The position numbers were made by a program, and so were the translations under genes. The notes beneath the pieces were generated by a model. The model was not told where the DNA came from, searched no databases, and saw nothing but the letters and a program-made list of their open reading frames with translations. DNA of 64,000 nt from the NCBI GenBank assembly GCA_964468655.1, contig CAYXUG010000002.1:920-64919 (forward strand), in the 5' to 3' direction. Of this stretch, positions 38,056 to 45,759 are shown piece after piece; the first letter of the stretch is position 1, and each line of letters begins with the position of its first letter. The DNA is from an uncultured bacterium (GTDB lineage: Bacteria > Fidelibacterota > Marinisomatia > Marinisomatales > CAYXUG01).

Positions 38056-39210
38056 GTGAAAAGAAGAAAATGTTATTCAATTTTACTCACCTTTTTATTC
38101 CTGATAAATAATTACGCCTACCCAAAAGACAAAACATATACCCTCAGTGGGTTCATTATTGATGAATCCGGAGATAAGGTTCCAAGTGCACAGGTTCTTC
38201 TATTTTCGGAAGATGGTGAGGAAATAGGTGAAACGAATACGGGGAAACGATTTGGGGGAAAGGGTAAATTCAAATTTAAAAAATTGTCTCAGGGGAAATA
38301 TACTATCAAGGCATCGCAAGATGGATACGGAACAGGTATTGGCGATTATGTAATAATTGATGATGATTTGGATATTGAACTAACACTGCTTCCGGGTCTA
38401 GGGGAAGTAGCTGCGGGAGGCGAATTTGAAGAAGGAATTTCTGAAAGCGGTGAAACACCCGAGGATGTTGTGAGGATGGTTGAGGATGAATATGTTCTTA
38501 GCGAAATGAGTTTTGAAATGAAGAAAGTGAATGCAGAAGTAAGTCATCTGGGGAGCGAAATCCGTGAATTAAAAGCAAAGAGTGAGATGTGGACTAATCC
38601 ACTTTCGGTATACAGCAAGGAAATCATACTTGGTAATGGAAGCACAGTTTTTGGGAAGGTAGTATATCAGGATGAAGATATTTTAAAAGTAGAAACACTC
38701 ATTGGATATCTTGTAATCAATCGGGATCAAGTTGTACGGATTATTGAGAATGTAGTAGGGCAGGAAGAACCTGAATATATTCCGGAACAGATTAGAGAGA
38801 CGTATAGTCCGCCTCCCGTACCAAAATTGACAAAACCCCAATACACATCTGCTCATTCAACGGAAAGGATGCCGGGTCAAAAACGAGCCGCAAATGTGGT
38901 CCTTGTTGGAAATATATCAGAGACCAAAGACCGGTCCAACAACATTTCTCTCTCAGGTCAACTGAAAAACATCGGTGGCAATAGAGCCGATTTTGTTAAA
39001 ATGAATTTTGTTTTCAGAAAGAATTGGAGCGGTGAAACAAAAACACTAACCAGTTTTGTGAGAGGTGCATACCATACTTTTGAATCAGGAATTACAACCG
39101 ACTCTTCATTACTTCCCGGTGCGTCAGGGAGTTTCGAACTTGTTATCCCTGCTGACTTCGGTCCGTTTATTGGATATTCCTATGTGATAGATTGGGAGGA
39201 ATACGAGTGA
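38056..39210 (+). CDS. secreted protein: carboxypeptidase-regulatory-like (CarboxypepD_reg) domain, acidic linker, coiled coil, C-terminal beta domain
   Basis: Start is set at GTG 38056, with GAGG 8 nt upstream. The product begins VKRRKCYSILLTFLFLINNYAYP (signal). Later elements are SGFIIDESGDKVPSAQVLLF...GKYTIKASQDGYG, the coiled coil MKKVNAEVSHLGSEIRELKAKSEM, a Pro-rich stretch, and a C-terminal domain ...GASGSFELVIPADF. Confidence 0.6.
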   Translation: MKRRKCYSILLTFLFLINNYAYPKDKTYTLSGFIIDESGDKVPSAQVLLFSEDGEEIGETNTGKRFGGKGKFKFKKLSQGKYTIKASQDGYGTGIGDYVIIDDDLDIELTLLPGLGEVAAGGEFEEGISESGETPEDVVRMVEDEYVLSEMSFEMKKVNAEVSHLGSEIRELKAKSEMWTNPLSVYSKEIILGNGSTVFGKVVYQDEDILKVETLIGYLVINRDQVVRIIENVVGQEEPEYIPEQIRETYSPPPVPKLTKPQYTSAHSTERMPGQKRAANVVLVGNISETKDRSNNISLSGQLKNIGGNRADFVKMNFVFRKNWSGETKTLTSFVRGAYHTFESGITTDSSLLPGASGSFELVIPADFGPFIGYSYVIDWEEYE

Positions 39211-40247
39211 GAACAATCAACTTTTTGGGTCAGCTTGTAATTCTTTTAATTATATTTGCCAATTTCTGTTTTACTCAATCACCCTCTTCATCAAAAGAAG
39301 AAGGCTTTTTTTTGGATTTGGGAATTGTCATTGAACCTACCACAGGAAATGAAAAAGTAAACCGGGTGATTAAAAAACCCCCGGAGGAAGTAAAATTTTT
39401 CATTGAAAAGGAATCAAGCGGCATGCTGTTTATGGCAACTACTCAAGAAATAAAGGAAACACTGGAAAATATCAGCACAAAAATAGGTGCCATTGAACAT
39501 GCACTAAATTCCCTCGAGGTGGAAGTCCACAGAGATGTAGAAAGTTTACAAGAAAAGAATTTTAAACTTCAGGAAATGGTTTCAGAACTCAAAATTTCGA
39601 AAGATTACTGGTCAGCAGATGTTATTGACCTTATCACAGTAAGAGTAACAGAGAACATGCATAAGCCCCCCTATGAAGAAGGTGAGGTAAAAGTGGTAGT
39701 TTCACATTTGGAGGTAGATAGTTTGTTACCGGAAGAAGACAAAGCGCCGAAAGACTATCAATCTGAGAAAGTTAATTTGGTAATTATCAATGAAGAAATT
39801 GTTGAGAGTCCGCCAGGCAACATTACAGCAAATGAAATAATAGAGTTTGGGCAACCTAAGTCCCAGCCCAAAGTGTTTGACAGATTCTTATACATGAAAG
39901 CAGTATTTGCCTACCAAAGAAACGATTTTAATACTGCTCTTGAACAATTTGATAGTCTTGAACCTCAGGCGGCAGATCCTATAACTGCCGGTAATATTCT
40001 TTACTGGATGGCTGATTGTTATTATCGATTGGAGGAGTTTGACAGCGCCCTGCAAAAATTACAAGCCATTAGAACTAATTTACTATCAGATAAAATTGAT
40101 GATTCTGTCGTTCTAGAAGGTTTGATCTATAGAAGTATGGGGAATGAAGAAAAAGCGATAGCATCTTTTTCTCAAATTGTTGAAAAATATCCCGGGAGTG
40201 AATATTTCCAATTAGCGGAATTAGAGTTAAAAAAGGATTTAAAATGA
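39207..40247 (+). CDS. membrane-anchored/secreted coiled-coil + TPR protein (CpoB/YbgF-like architecture)
   Basis: GTG 39207 overlaps the upstream stop (GTGA), with GGGAGGA 6 nt upstream. An N-terminal hydrophobic segment and a coiled coil (IGAIEHALNSLEVEVHRDVESLQEKNFKLQEMVSELK) are followed by C-terminal TPRs ending ...EKYPGSEYFQLAELELKK, as in YbgF. Confidence 0.6.
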   Translation: MRTINFLGQLVILLIIFANFCFTQSPSSSKEEGFFLDLGIVIEPTTGNEKVNRVIKKPPEEVKFFIEKESSGMLFMATTQEIKETLENISTKIGAIEHALNSLEVEVHRDVESLQEKNFKLQEMVSELKISKDYWSADVIDLITVRVTENMHKPPYEEGEVKVVVSHLEVDSLLPEEDKAPKDYQSEKVNLVIINEEIVESPPGNITANEIIEFGQPKSQPKVFDRFLYMKAVFAYQRNDFNTALEQFDSLEPQAADPITAGNILYWMADCYYRLEEFDSALQKLQAIRTNLLSDKIDDSVVLEGLIYRSMGNEEKAIASFSQIVEKYPGSEYFQLAELELKKDLK

Positions 40248-41632
40248 TTACCAGAAATTGGAGTTCTATTATAAAAAGAATAATTATTTGCCAGTTTTTA
40301 TTAATGAATATTTCTTTTGCTGTAACAAGAGTAGCTTATACCCGCCCCGGGTATATGATGAAAATTCCTGCTACCAGCGCAACAAGATCCCCCTATCTAT
40401 TCAGTACCGGTTTTGGCATAGAAATTCACAGTTTCTCTCCTTTTAATCCAGCAAAGGGCGTTTATTTTTCAATGGACGTTTCTGAAAATGTGACTTTTGC
40501 ATTTTCCTCAGGGCAGGGGGCTGATACCACTGCTCTGGAAAATATTGCGGAATCAACTTATATTCCTCCGGTGGAATTTGGTTTTCACCTTCAGCGGCGA
40601 ATGTATGTGTATGGAGATATATCATTCTCACTTGGTATTCATGATATTGTATTTGAGAATGCCCCGGATGGGTTAAGTCTTGACCCGAAACAGCTTTCTA
40701 TCTTTGGGACTGTCGGGAGCCAGAAACAGTTAGGTGATTACCAACTCAGCACTTATATGGGATTTGGCACTGGTGGGTTTGCCAAGCAGGTTGCAGAAAC
40801 AACTCAAATAGAAACTGAGATTGATTCAACGGAAACAGGAACGTCAGCCGGTGTTTTTGCCGGATTTTTGTTAAAAATGCCCTATATGGAGAAATGGGGC
40901 GGTCTAGATATCGTGGGTGAATTCGATGGTTCCGGCATCAACGTGGGAATCCGCATCCCCCTTACCTCGGATTATCGCTTGAGTCTTGGGTTCACCCACA
41001 TAGAAAATTTACCCGATTTTTCACAAGAACCTTATGGTCCCGTACATCCAGGCTTAACGCTTGGTTTGGACATGTCAGTGATGCGTGGATTGAGGGGAAT
41101 GGTTCCCAAGCTTCTGGGTGGAATTGGGGATGGCCCCTCTCCACCTGTCCCCAGCGTAGGTTTGGTTGATTCAACTTTACTGGTAGCAGATATAGGAATG
41201 ACGCATCTCAGAGATTCTCTAAGGGTAGCCAGATATGACATGCGAAACCTGTCTACTCATGTTTCAGGCCTTAAACAAAAAACATCAATGCTTGAGGATT
41301 CAGTTAAAGTATTACGGCTGGAAAAAAATGTTACAAACAAAAATATCAATCGTGCTATGAGGCATCTTTCACGTTCTCTCAGGTATTTTTATGCTGGAGA
41401 CTACAGAGAGGCACTTCAGGAAGTAGAAACGGCTATGGAATTAAATCCAAATCTTGCTCTGGCTTATGCAAGAAGGGGTTCCATTTATTACAAGTTAGGG
41501 GATGTGCAAAGAGCAACCATCAACTGGAACCTAGCGCTTCAGTTGGATCCGGAATATGATGATGTTAGGAACATTTTGAAAGCGCTACATGAAAACAGAT
41601 TAATGACAACAAGTTTTAAAGGAGGTAAATAA
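40244..41632 (+). CDS. secreted beta-rich protein with C-terminal coiled coil and TPR repeats
   Basis: It has an ATGA overlap with the upstream gene and a signal-like N-terminus. A ~280-aa Gly/aromatic beta-type region (possibly OM-associated) is followed by a coiled coil and then TPRs (EALQEVETAMELNPNLALAYARRGSIYYKLGDVQRATINWNLALQLDPEY). Confidence 0.55.
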   Translation: MITRNWSSIIKRIIICQFLLMNISFAVTRVAYTRPGYMMKIPATSATRSPYLFSTGFGIEIHSFSPFNPAKGVYFSMDVSENVTFAFSSGQGADTTALENIAESTYIPPVEFGFHLQRRMYVYGDISFSLGIHDIVFENAPDGLSLDPKQLSIFGTVGSQKQLGDYQLSTYMGFGTGGFAKQVAETTQIETEIDSTETGTSAGVFAGFLLKMPYMEKWGGLDIVGEFDGSGINVGIRIPLTSDYRLSLGFTHIENLPDFSQEPYGPVHPGLTLGLDMSVMRGLRGMVPKLLGGIGDGPSPPVPSVGLVDSTLLVADIGMTHLRDSLRVARYDMRNLSTHVSGLKQKTSMLEDSVKVLRLEKNVTNKNINRAMRHLSRSLRYFYAGDYREALQEVETAMELNPNLALAYARRGSIYYKLGDVQRATINWNLALQLDPEYDDVRNILKALHENRLMTTSFKGGK

Positions 41633-41637
41633 ATCTC

Positions 41638-42408
41638 ATGGATATTGCGACTATTGTAGGAATATTGTTTGGTATAGTGTCTATTTCTGGCGGTATTTTC
41701 ATAATGACCTCGGACTTTGCGGTGTTTGCTTCAGGATCAAGTTTTGCAATTGTGTTTGGGGGTATGGTTGCATCGGTATCAGTTGCATTCCCATTGGCTG
41801 AGGTGTTAAAACTGGGGTCTGCAATGGGAGCAGTTTTTAAAGGCGGATCCACCAAGCTTGGTGAACTTGTGGATGATGCTGTAAAAATGGCAGAAGCGGG
41901 CAGAAAAGGAATGTCTGATTTGGAAAAGGAAAAAGACAGTGTGAAAAATTTCTTTTTTAAAGATGGTATTCAAATGGTTATAGATGGTTATTCTGAGGAG
42001 GAAATAATTGAGATTCTTGAAACACGAATTAACTATAGAGAGATCAGAGAAAGATCTCAGGCAGGACTTTTTCAAACCATGGGAACCATGGCGCCTGCCT
42101 GGGGAATGATTGGGACACTTATTGGATTGGTGGTTATGTTGGCAGGATTTGGAGGAGGAGGAGGGACTGACGCATTGGGTGCAGGAATGTCTGCTGCACT
42201 GATAACCACTTTTTATGGTGCGGTATTTGCTAATTTATTTTTTCTGCCCATGGCTGCAAAATTGAATTCTAGACTTTCTCATACAAGTACACTGCAAGCA
42301 ATGCTTGTGGAAGCAGCACGTCTTATTCACCAAAGGAAACACCCTTTAATTATGAGAGAAAAACTGAATTCGTTTATACCTCCAAAAGAATGGAAGAAAG
42401 AAGGATAA
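41638..42408 (+). CDS. motA: flagellar-type stator protein MotA/PomA (4-TM MotA class, not ExbB/TolQ class)
   Basis: 256 aa. Two N-terminal TMs are followed by a ~90-aa cytoplasmic loop and then ...MAPAWGMIGTLIGLVVML...AALITTFYGAVFANLFFLPMAAKL, the MotA TM3/TM4 signature with Pro residues. Confidence 0.85.
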   Translation: MDIATIVGILFGIVSISGGIFIMTSDFAVFASGSSFAIVFGGMVASVSVAFPLAEVLKLGSAMGAVFKGGSTKLGELVDDAVKMAEAGRKGMSDLEKEKDSVKNFFFKDGIQMVIDGYSEEEIIEILETRINYREIRERSQAGLFQTMGTMAPAWGMIGTLIGLVVMLAGFGGGGGTDALGAGMSAALITTFYGAVFANLFFLPMAAKLNSRLSHTSTLQAMLVEAARLIHQRKHPLIMREKLNSFIPPKEWKKEG

Positions 42409-42412
42409 TATA

Positions 42413-43174
42413 TTGGCTAAAAAATCTGAACCCCCCCCAAAAGAAGAAGGGTTGCCGGGTTGGTTTGCCACCTTTGCGGACATGATGACACTTCTCATGG
42501 CTTTTTTCGTTTTGCTGTTATCAATATCTACGATTGATCCTGTGAAGCTTCAACAGATGGCAGATTCTATGGGAAAGTCCGTTGGAAAGGATAAAAAAAT
42601 CGATAATGCTGCAATGACCCTAGGGGCCATCAAGAATAAACTGGATGAAATGGTTGAAGAAATGAATCCAGATCCGAAAACAGGTGAGAAACCTGTTGAA
42701 GTAAAATCGACCACAAAAGGTGTAACACTTGAAGTATCCTCAGATATCAGTTTTGGGTCAGGTTCTGCCAATTTAAAAATGGGAATTGTACCAACACTTG
42801 ACAAACTTGTTCCTCTTATTAATAAGTCATACAATATGGTAGCGATCGAAGGGCATACAGATAATGAACCATTACCAGAAAATGAAAACTACCCCAGCAA
42901 CTGGGAGTTATCTGGGGCAAGAGCGGCGGCTGTTGTTAGAAAGTTTATAGATTTAGGTGTCGATCCGAAACGGCTGGAAGCAGTTGGGTATGCACAATAT
43001 ATCCCGAGAAACGTCCCTACTGATGTGCTGATTGATGATGAAGTAATTAAGCAGTATAATGCCACAAAGGAATTAAAGGATAGAAACCGACGGGTCGCGA
43101 TTACCTTTAAAGCAACAAGTATTGATCAACAAGAAATGAGAAGAGCCGAACAAACCGCTTTGGCGGAAGAATAA
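42413..43174 (+). CDS. motB: flagellar-type stator protein MotB (OmpA-like peptidoglycan-binding C-domain)
   Basis: 253 aa with a TTG start. GWFATFADMMTLLMAFFVLLL carries the conserved channel Asp. The C-terminal OmpA-like block is IEGHTDNEPL...NWELSGARAAAVVRKF...NRRVAITF. Confidence 0.85.
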   Translation: MAKKSEPPPKEEGLPGWFATFADMMTLLMAFFVLLLSISTIDPVKLQQMADSMGKSVGKDKKIDNAAMTLGAIKNKLDEMVEEMNPDPKTGEKPVEVKSTTKGVTLEVSSDISFGSGSANLKMGIVPTLDKLVPLINKSYNMVAIEGHTDNEPLPENENYPSNWELSGARAAAVVRKFIDLGVDPKRLEAVGYAQYIPRNVPTDVLIDDEVIKQYNATKELKDRNRRVAITFKATSIDQQEMRRAEQTALAEE

Positions 43175-43204
43175 AACGATTTTCACTTAGAAAAAGGAGT
43201 TTTT

Positions 43205-44791
43205 ATGAAAAATAAATTATTGTTATGGTCACTTTTATTAAGCGCCGGTTTTATCTGGAATGTTTGCATCGCACAGGAGTCAACATTCCTTGCTCAAAAA
43301 TTAATGTTTGAAAATGACCTGAAGAATCGAATTGAAAAAGCGCTGCAAAAGGTTATTGATGACCATCGGTACGTTTTGGATGTATCAGTCACACTGAAAT
43401 TTTCACCTACCGTGAAAGAAGAAATTACCTACAAACCCTCCAAAAAACGCGAAACTCAGTTTGGAGCCTCTGAAATGAAGACAGATGACCAAACAACAGA
43501 GATGCCCGGAAAAAGAACACGGTTTACAGGAATACCAATTCCGGGATTTGATTTTCACATTGAGGAAGGTGAGGTGCCATCGGAAGTTTCTGAAACAGTA
43601 AAAGAAATCGCACCGGAGATTTTTGTGGGTGAACGGGAAGTTGTGTCAGAGACATATACGGATATCACAGCATCTATGCCGCAGATTGAAAAGATGGATA
43701 TTTTTTGTTTACTTCCTGAGGATGCATCTACTGAGCTCATTGAAAATGTGCGTCAAATAATTGGGGTATCGGCACATATTGACAGGCGGAGAGGTGATGC
43801 AATCCGAATTCAAAAGGCATCTTTTAAAGAAAGGCGAGGTAAATCTGCTGAAGAAGTCATTTTAAAAAGTATTGCTGAAAAAATTGATCAGTTGGAAAAG
43901 AATCAAATAGTAGAAGAAATTGAAGTGCAGGAAGAAATTAATTGGCAGGAAGAAATCCAAAATTGGCAGGAAGAAGAAGCAAATAGAAGAGAAGAAGAAC
44001 ATATAGCATTTTTGGCAGCATTGAATCAATTTGAAAAAGAGCGTGATGAAGAAGAATTACAAAGAGTAAAAGATGAGATGACTGCAAGTTTTAAAGCAGA
44101 ATTAGATAAAAAAGACCAGAAACTGGAGCAATATAAAAAAACAATTGAATCCGGCGGTTTATCGGAGGAGGAACTTAAAGAAACAAGCGGAACGGTGAAT
44201 ATTTTAGAAGAAGAAAGAGCAAAGTTAGATTCAATGTTGGATGCAAAAAGAAAAGTACTAGACAGTGTATTTAGTGATATGAACCAACAATCCCGGCAAT
44301 CCAGTAGTAATTTACCCATATATTTAATGAGTGCAGTTTCATTATTGGCAGTCATTGCACTTGCAGGTGTTATTCTTTTTAATGGAAGAAAGCCTAAATA
44401 CGTTATGCCCCCTCCTTGGGCAATGCCTCGTCCCCGGCCAAAAAAAAAGAAAAAAAAAGTAAAAATTGATGATAACAACAATGGAGAGACAAAGACCGCA
44501 TCTCCCACAACACAGACGCAACCCGCACCAACACAAACTCCTCCACCAACTCAACCCCTACCTCCCGGCGAAGATCCAAGCGTACTGCAGTCTGAAATCA
44601 AATCAGTCCGTAAATCCATCATGTCTATGAGTACAGGCCAGCCCGATACAGCCACATCTATTGTGAAGGAATGGCTGCAGGAGGAAGCACCCCCACCTCC
44701 GGAAGAACCACAGCAAGCAGCAATCACCCCATCTGTTGAAGAAGAGGAAGAAGGCGGAAAGAAGAAGAAAAAAAAGAAAAAGAAAAAGTAG
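43205..44791 (+). CDS. FliF-like ring protein: signal/TM1, RBM3-type (YscJ_FliF_C-like) domain, long E/K coiled coil, TM2, Pro-rich cytoplasmic tail with FliG-docking-type helix, poly-Lys ends
   Basis: 528 aa with AAGGAG upstream. By eye, LMFENDLKNRIEKALQKVI..VLDVSVTLKFSP..EEITYKP aligns with Salmonella FliF LKFANDVESRIQRRIEAIL..VHAQVTAQLDFAN..TEEHYSP. Likewise ..EVVSETYTDI....IEKMDIFCLL....RRRGDAIRIQKASF aligns with ..ETSNYEVDRTI...IERLSVAVVV...DKRGDTLNVVNSPF. TM2 is IYLMSAVSLLAVIALAGVILF. The tail ..QPDTATSIVKEWLQEE resembles the FliF C-terminus ..NDPRVVALVIRQWMSNDHE. Confidence 0.65.
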   Translation: MKNKLLLWSLLLSAGFIWNVCIAQESTFLAQKLMFENDLKNRIEKALQKVIDDHRYVLDVSVTLKFSPTVKEEITYKPSKKRETQFGASEMKTDDQTTEMPGKRTRFTGIPIPGFDFHIEEGEVPSEVSETVKEIAPEIFVGEREVVSETYTDITASMPQIEKMDIFCLLPEDASTELIENVRQIIGVSAHIDRRRGDAIRIQKASFKERRGKSAEEVILKSIAEKIDQLEKNQIVEEIEVQEEINWQEEIQNWQEEEANRREEEHIAFLAALNQFEKERDEEELQRVKDEMTASFKAELDKKDQKLEQYKKTIESGGLSEEELKETSGTVNILEEERAKLDSMLDAKRKVLDSVFSDMNQQSRQSSSNLPIYLMSAVSLLAVIALAGVILFNGRKPKYVMPPPWAMPRPRPKKKKKKVKIDDNNNGETKTASPTTQTQPAPTQTPPPTQPLPPGEDPSVLQSEIKSVRKSIMSMSTGQPDTATSIVKEWLQEEAPPPPEEPQQAAITPSVEEEEEGGKKKKKKKKKK

Positions 44792-44799
44792 AGGATAAA

Positions 44800-45735
44800 A
44801 TGATTACAGATTATACCCGTTTATCAGGATTGGACAAAACAGCTATCCTTTATAAAGAATTGGGAGAAAGTCTTGCCTTAACACTTATAAAAGGATTAAG
44901 TGAAACTGATGTAAGAAAGATCAGGGCTAGGATTCGAGAAATGGAACCGGAGCCCATATCATTCTTAGTGAAGAAGACAGTACTTGAACAGTTCTACCTT
45001 GCTTTTATAACCAAGAAGTTCTCAGAGGATGGTAGTGAAGATACCAAAAAACCGTTTGAATTTCTCCATAATTTAGAAGAGGAACGGCTTATTGCTCTGC
45101 TTGAAGTTGAGGAGCCAAGAATAATTGCAGTTGCCCTCGCGCAGGAAACCAGTGAGCGGAGAATGGCAGTATTAAACAGGTTGACTCCTGAAGCAAAAGG
45201 ACGAGCACTTCTTGAAATAGGTAATTTAAGTTCTATTCCTCTGGAAGCTGTAGTCAGCATTGCTACAGACCTTGAAGAAAAATCCCATTTTCTTCCTAGA
45301 GCTGTTGAATTTTCCCGCGGCGGCGGAAAGGATATTGCTGATATCCTCGGTCAAATGAGCTCAGACGATGAAGAAAAATACCTTGAAGCAATTAACAGGG
45401 AATCACCAGACCTTGCTAAAGAGATAAAAAAATACCACCTCACCTTTGATGATGTTTTTTCTTTCCCGGATAATATAATAAGAGACCTGATGAATTCTGT
45501 TGATTTGGATATAGTAGCAATGGCATTGAAAGGTATTCCCCAGGAAACCGCAGATCGCGTGATAGGTAATCTTCCTCAAAAAAAACAGGCAATGTACGAG
45601 CCGGTAGAGGGGGCAACGCCAAAACGTAAAATTGATGATGCAAGAGGGAAAATAGTAAGCGCCGCAAGGGAGATGGAAAAAGAAGGAAGATTCAGCTTGG
45701 AAGATATACTTGGCGGTGGGGAAATGGTTGATTAA
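44800..45735 (+). CDS. FliG-like rotor/switch protein (full-length N, M and C domains)
   Basis: 311 aa. By eye it is collinear with T. maritima FliG. Matching blocks are GLDKTAILYKELGESLALTLIKGLSETDV (N domain), PFEFLHNLEEERLIALLEVEEPRIIAVALAQ (ARM-M), GGGKDIADILGQM (GG linker), and LTFDDVFSFPDNIIRDLMNSVDLDIVAMALKG...NLPQKKQ (C domain, MFxFEDL-type motif). Confidence 0.8.
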   Translation: MITDYTRLSGLDKTAILYKELGESLALTLIKGLSETDVRKIRARIREMEPEPISFLVKKTVLEQFYLAFITKKFSEDGSEDTKKPFEFLHNLEEERLIALLEVEEPRIIAVALAQETSERRMAVLNRLTPEAKGRALLEIGNLSSIPLEAVVSIATDLEEKSHFLPRAVEFSRGGGKDIADILGQMSSDDEEKYLEAINRESPDLAKEIKKYHLTFDDVFSFPDNIIRDLMNSVDLDIVAMALKGIPQETADRVIGNLPQKKQAMYEPVEGATPKRKIDDARGKIVSAAREMEKEGRFSLEDILGGGEMVD

Positions 45736-45759
45736 TCAGTACGACTCAATTTTAACCTT

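Noticed and set aside
41638-43174. Whether the MotA/MotB pair is instead a Zorya (ZorAB) anti-phage module, Tol-Pal (TolQR) or a second ExbBD
   Set aside because: MotA here is 256 aa with 4 TM and a large TM2-TM3 loop, and it lacks the long ZorA C-terminal tail. No ZorC/D-like genes follow. TolR and ExbD lack the OmpA-like domain seen in this MotB. The downstream partners are FliF- and FliG-like, which points to the flagellar stator class.
44026-44554. 160-aa and 70-aa minus-strand ORFs opposite the FliF-like gene
   Set aside because: They are produced by the complement of the E/K-rich and poly-A regions (poly-F/S/L). These are antisense artefacts.
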